Source: an uncultured Candidatus Micrarchaeota archaeon
Lineage (GTDB): Archaea; Micrarchaeota; Micrarchaeia; Micrarchaeales; Micrarchaeaceae
Reading direction: 5' to 3'
DNA: 64,000 nucleotides
Assembly: GCA_963741095.1 (NCBI GenBank)
Contig: CAVUGN010000005.1
Location: 1-64,000 of the forward strand
In this document: in pieces, positions 61,403 to 64,000 of the stretch
Layout: every line of letters starts with the position of its first letter
Numbering within the stretch: the first letter of the stretch is position 1
Notes under the pieces: model-generated
Seen by the model: the letters and a program-made list of their open reading frames with translations, nothing else
Told to the model about the DNA's origin: nothing
The model's database searches: none
Program-made: the position numbers and the translations under genes

Positions 61403-62104
61403 TCATTCTCCTTGATAGAATATGTCGCTGTTGAGCGGCCTCACAACACCGAAGTGCTGCTTCCAGCCTATCTCCTTCTTGCCCACGCATATGGTGCATG
61501 TTCCTACCGGCGGGTTGCCCCTCAAGAAGAGCGGGAACTTGATGTCATTCGACTTCTCTATCTTGTTCACCAGCGGCTCTATGCCTATGCCGTACAAGGC
61601 GTTAGTCTCGAAGACGTGCGAATCCTTCGCAGCGTCCATTATCCTTGCCCTGAAGACCTCTCTTTCTGCCTGCGATATCATGTCTATCTTTGTTACCACG
61701 ACCATGTCCGCGAGCGAGAGCATCGGACCCACCTTGTTCGGCAGGTTCGCTCCGCTTGTCGCTTCCAACACGACCATGCCCAAAGATGATTCCACATAAG
61801 GCGAGCATCTCAGGCACAGCCCAGCCGTTTCTATGAAAAGCATCTCTGCGCCCTCCTTTGCCGCCCATTCTATCGCGTCCCCTATGACCATCACGTTGCA
61901 GTGATCGGGGCAAAGTTCACCAGAGTAGACCTTCTTCGTGGGTATGTTGAACTCCTTCGCGAATATCTCGTCCTCATCGGCGTACTGCACGTCGATCTTG
62001 ACGTATGCCATCTTCGTGCCCTTCTCTGCAAACTTCTTGACTATCCTTCTCAACACGGTCGTCTTGCCGGTTGTGGGCGGACCCGCGCATATAACCATTT
62101 TCAT
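61403..62104 (-). CDS. HypB/UreG-like GTP-binding protein
   Basis: GPPTTGKT, LCPDHC, ETAGLC, TKID. Confidence 0.9.
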   Translation of the reverse strand: MKMVICAGPPTTGKTTVLRRIVKKFAEKGTKMAYVKIDVQYADEDEIFAKEFNIPTKKVYSGELCPDHCNVMVIGDAIEWAAKEGAEMLFIETAGLCLRCSPYVESSLGMVVLEATSGANLPNKVGPMLSLADMVVVTKIDMISQAEREVFRARIMDAAKDSHVFETNALYGIGIEPLVNKIEKSNDIKFPLFLRGNPPVGTCTICVGKKEIGWKQHFGVVRPLNSDIFYQGE

Positions 62105-62115
62105 CTTATCACCAA

Positions 62116-62913
62116 TCAAATATACCCTAAGGCTTCAAGCCTTTCCTCGATCATGTGCTTCTTTATCGTCTCTCCGTTCCTGATCCTGTCACGGAAGTGC
62201 GATATGACGTCGTCGAGCTTCCTCAGCTCCTCTGCGACCTGCTTCTCCTCGGCTTCCGGCATTATCAGCTTCTGCATTGCGCCGTTCTGCATGACTATCC
62301 TGTAATCGGACAGCAGCGCAATCCTCGGATCATGCGTGACGAAGATGAATATCTTCTTATAGTTCTTGAGCAGCTGCAGCGCCTTCGTCCTGTTTATGCC
62401 GGCGTTCTCTATCTCGTCAAGCAGTATTATCGGGGAATTGCCTATGATCACGGCATCCGCGATCAGCAAGGCTCTAGTCTGCCCCCCAGACAGCTCGGTC
62501 ATGGAGTTGTCCATGTCCAGCGGCTCTCCTGTTAGCTGGTTGGCGAACTCCACAGTTTCCTTGACAACCTCCTTGCTGTCGGATCTTCTTATCTTGGCGT
62601 GTATCTCCAGGAACTTCTTCACTGGAAGGTCTGAAAGGAAGTTTGTGTGCTGCGATATCAACGCCATCGGGTTCTTGTATGGGTCAGAACGCAGCTCTTC
62701 CGGAGGTATCGCTCCGTTGATCAATATCTTTCTCTTCGAAGGCGTGTTCTGGTTCGCGAAGAGCTCTATGTCGTTTATGAAGGTAGTCTTTCCGCAGCCG
62801 GTGGGGCCGACTATGCTCACTATGTCGCCCATCTTCATGTTCACCTCTGTTATGGGCTCCTTTTTCCCGTCCTTTCCGGTACCCCCCATTATCGTGAGTT
62901 TTTTTATCTCCAT
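62116..62913 (-). CDS. ABC-type ATPase (no TM partner in the operon)
   Basis: GPTGCGKT, LSGGQ, LLDE, VTHD; start MEIKK. Confidence 0.92.
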   Translation of the reverse strand: MEIKKLTIMGGTGKDGKKEPITEVNMKMGDIVSIVGPTGCGKTTFINDIELFANQNTPSKRKILINGAIPPEELRSDPYKNPMALISQHTNFLSDLPVKKFLEIHAKIRRSDSKEVVKETVEFANQLTGEPLDMDNSMTELSGGQTRALLIADAVIIGNSPIILLDEIENAGINRTKALQLLKNYKKIFIFVTHDPRIALLSDYRIVMQNGAMQKLIMPEAEEKQVAEELRKLDDVISHFRDRIRNGETIKKHMIEERLEALGYI

Positions 62914-63066
62914 TCCATAGCACCTTTTCCCATTATGTATGTAGTTTAATGTTATAACATTAAGATATAAATAGGTTTGTCTTGCGGCTTGTGGGATACG
63001 TTGGAAAACGTAGATGGACGGCTGCCATAAATATTTGGCAAGCGTAAATGAATCTAGGCGTACTGC

Positions 63067-64000
63067 ATGAGCGAGGAGAAAGGGGCGCAGAAAGCAAATG
63101 ACGGGAGGATGACTTCCGACAGAGCGGACGCGATGAGGGCGTTCGTCAGGCAGGCAGATGGCCAGTCGGGCACAGAGATAAAAAAGCAGACTACGGAACT
63201 GAACAATTTTATAAGGAGGGTCGGTCCCCCCATAAAGAAAAGTGGTGTGGACGAGGAGGAGGCAAGGGAGCTTGGAAGGAAACTCGTCGGGGAATTGAAC
63301 AGAACGAATTATGACGGGATAATGATTGATGCGAATCTGAATAATGTCAGGGATCTGGTACGTGACGGAGCGAAAATATATTCGGAGGCACTGCGTATGG
63401 CTATGGCACATGAACAGGTAGACATTGTCAAATTTCTCATAGAAAATGGAGCGGATGTCAACTGTGGATGGGATAGGGGAGCGACGCCGTTGATGTACGC
63501 TGTACGCGAAGGCAATAAGGAGATTGTCGAACTATTGCTGAACGCAGGCGCGGACATGAATGCCATGGATCGCGAAGGCACAACTGCGCTGATGTCGGCG
63601 TCGTCGAGGGGCTACGCGGATATTGTTGACCTGTTGGTACAAAGGGGCGCCGACGTGGATGTGATTGGTTTTATGGGCAGAAAGGCGGTGAATTTTGCTA
63701 GGGATAACGTCATAAGGCAGATGCTCGAAGGGAAACCGTTTGTTCCAGGAACAAAAGTTGAGACAGTAAAGGAAGTGGATGCTGCAGAGGCGAAGATGTT
63801 GGGTGTGCAGCTGCTTGAGGAAACGATTGAAAGAAAGACCGACTTTGGCAAGGTCAAAGAGTTGATAGATAACGGAGCGGATGTGGACATGAGAGATAAG
63901 AATGGCCTGACGCCGCTGATGTACGCTTCGTTTGGCGGCGACGTCGAAGTTGTTGATTACCTGCTGCGCTGCGGTGCTTACGCGGGATTGCGGGATAACG
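63067..64000 (+). CDS. Ankyrin repeat protein (runs off the window; absent from the ORF track)
   Basis: MSEEKGAQKANDGRMTSDRADAMRAFVRQ...GATPLMYA..GTTALMSA..GLTPLMYA. Confidence 0.92.
   Translation, partial: MSEEKGAQKANDGRMTSDRADAMRAFVRQADGQSGTEIKKQTTELNNFIRRVGPPIKKSGVDEEEARELGRKLVGELNRTNYDGIMIDANLNNVRDLVRDGAKIYSEALRMAMAHEQVDIVKFLIENGADVNCGWDRGATPLMYAVREGNKEIVELLLNAGADMNAMDREGTTALMSASSRGYADIVDLLVQRGADVDVIGFMGRKAVNFARDNVIRQMLEGKPFVPGTKVETVKEVDAAEAKMLGVQLLEETIERKTDFGKVKELIDNGADVDMRDKNGLTPLMYASFGGDVEVVDYLLRCGAYAGLRDN

Noticed and set aside
62914-63411. N-terminal extension of the ABC ATPase
   Set aside because: It overlaps the promoter and the plus-strand ankyrin gene starting at 63067

Overview
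Archaeal DNA, most consistent with a DPANN archaeon, probably Micrarchaeota (inferred from the split rpoH-rpoB''-rpoB'-rpoA'-rpoA'' operon, Hjc, Hef-like helicase, Lsm, AglB-like and KaiC/V4R genes, and many orphans). A housekeeping core (25.9-34.1 kb and 38.9-41.4 kb; tRNA-Ala(GGC), tRNA-Phe(GAA)) sits among orphan and accessory genes. Main observations: (1) A 40-bp promoter module (palindrome resembling CGTCAATTGACG, a 15-bp spacer, then YATAARTATCTCC) precedes about 15 orphan transcription units and was not seen at housekeeping genes. These units encode effector-type proteins: ankyrins, zincin and papain-like proteases, an EreA/ChaN-like protein, an NTase-like protein, Nudix and IMPase. (2) Six proteins share a portable N-terminal leader, G[KR]MTxx[RK][AL]D[AV][ILM][KR][AT]F[VIL]R. 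Points 1 and 2 suggest a co-regulated, possibly host-directed protein set (hypothesis). (3) A cassette-like array at 2.2-4.6 kb is punctuated by a 19-bp palindrome and includes a RelBE pair. (4) Two integrase-less micro-islands carry 13-bp copies of tRNA 3' ends. (5) A module present twice (49-61 kb) contains a polymorphic Thr-rich surface protein, a structured leader RNA, a large Lrp-like regulator and five 7-13 aa Gly-rich micro-ORFs. (6) The RNA polymerase has substitutions in near-invariant motifs, including GADFDGD. All calls were made by eye from motifs; no searches were run.
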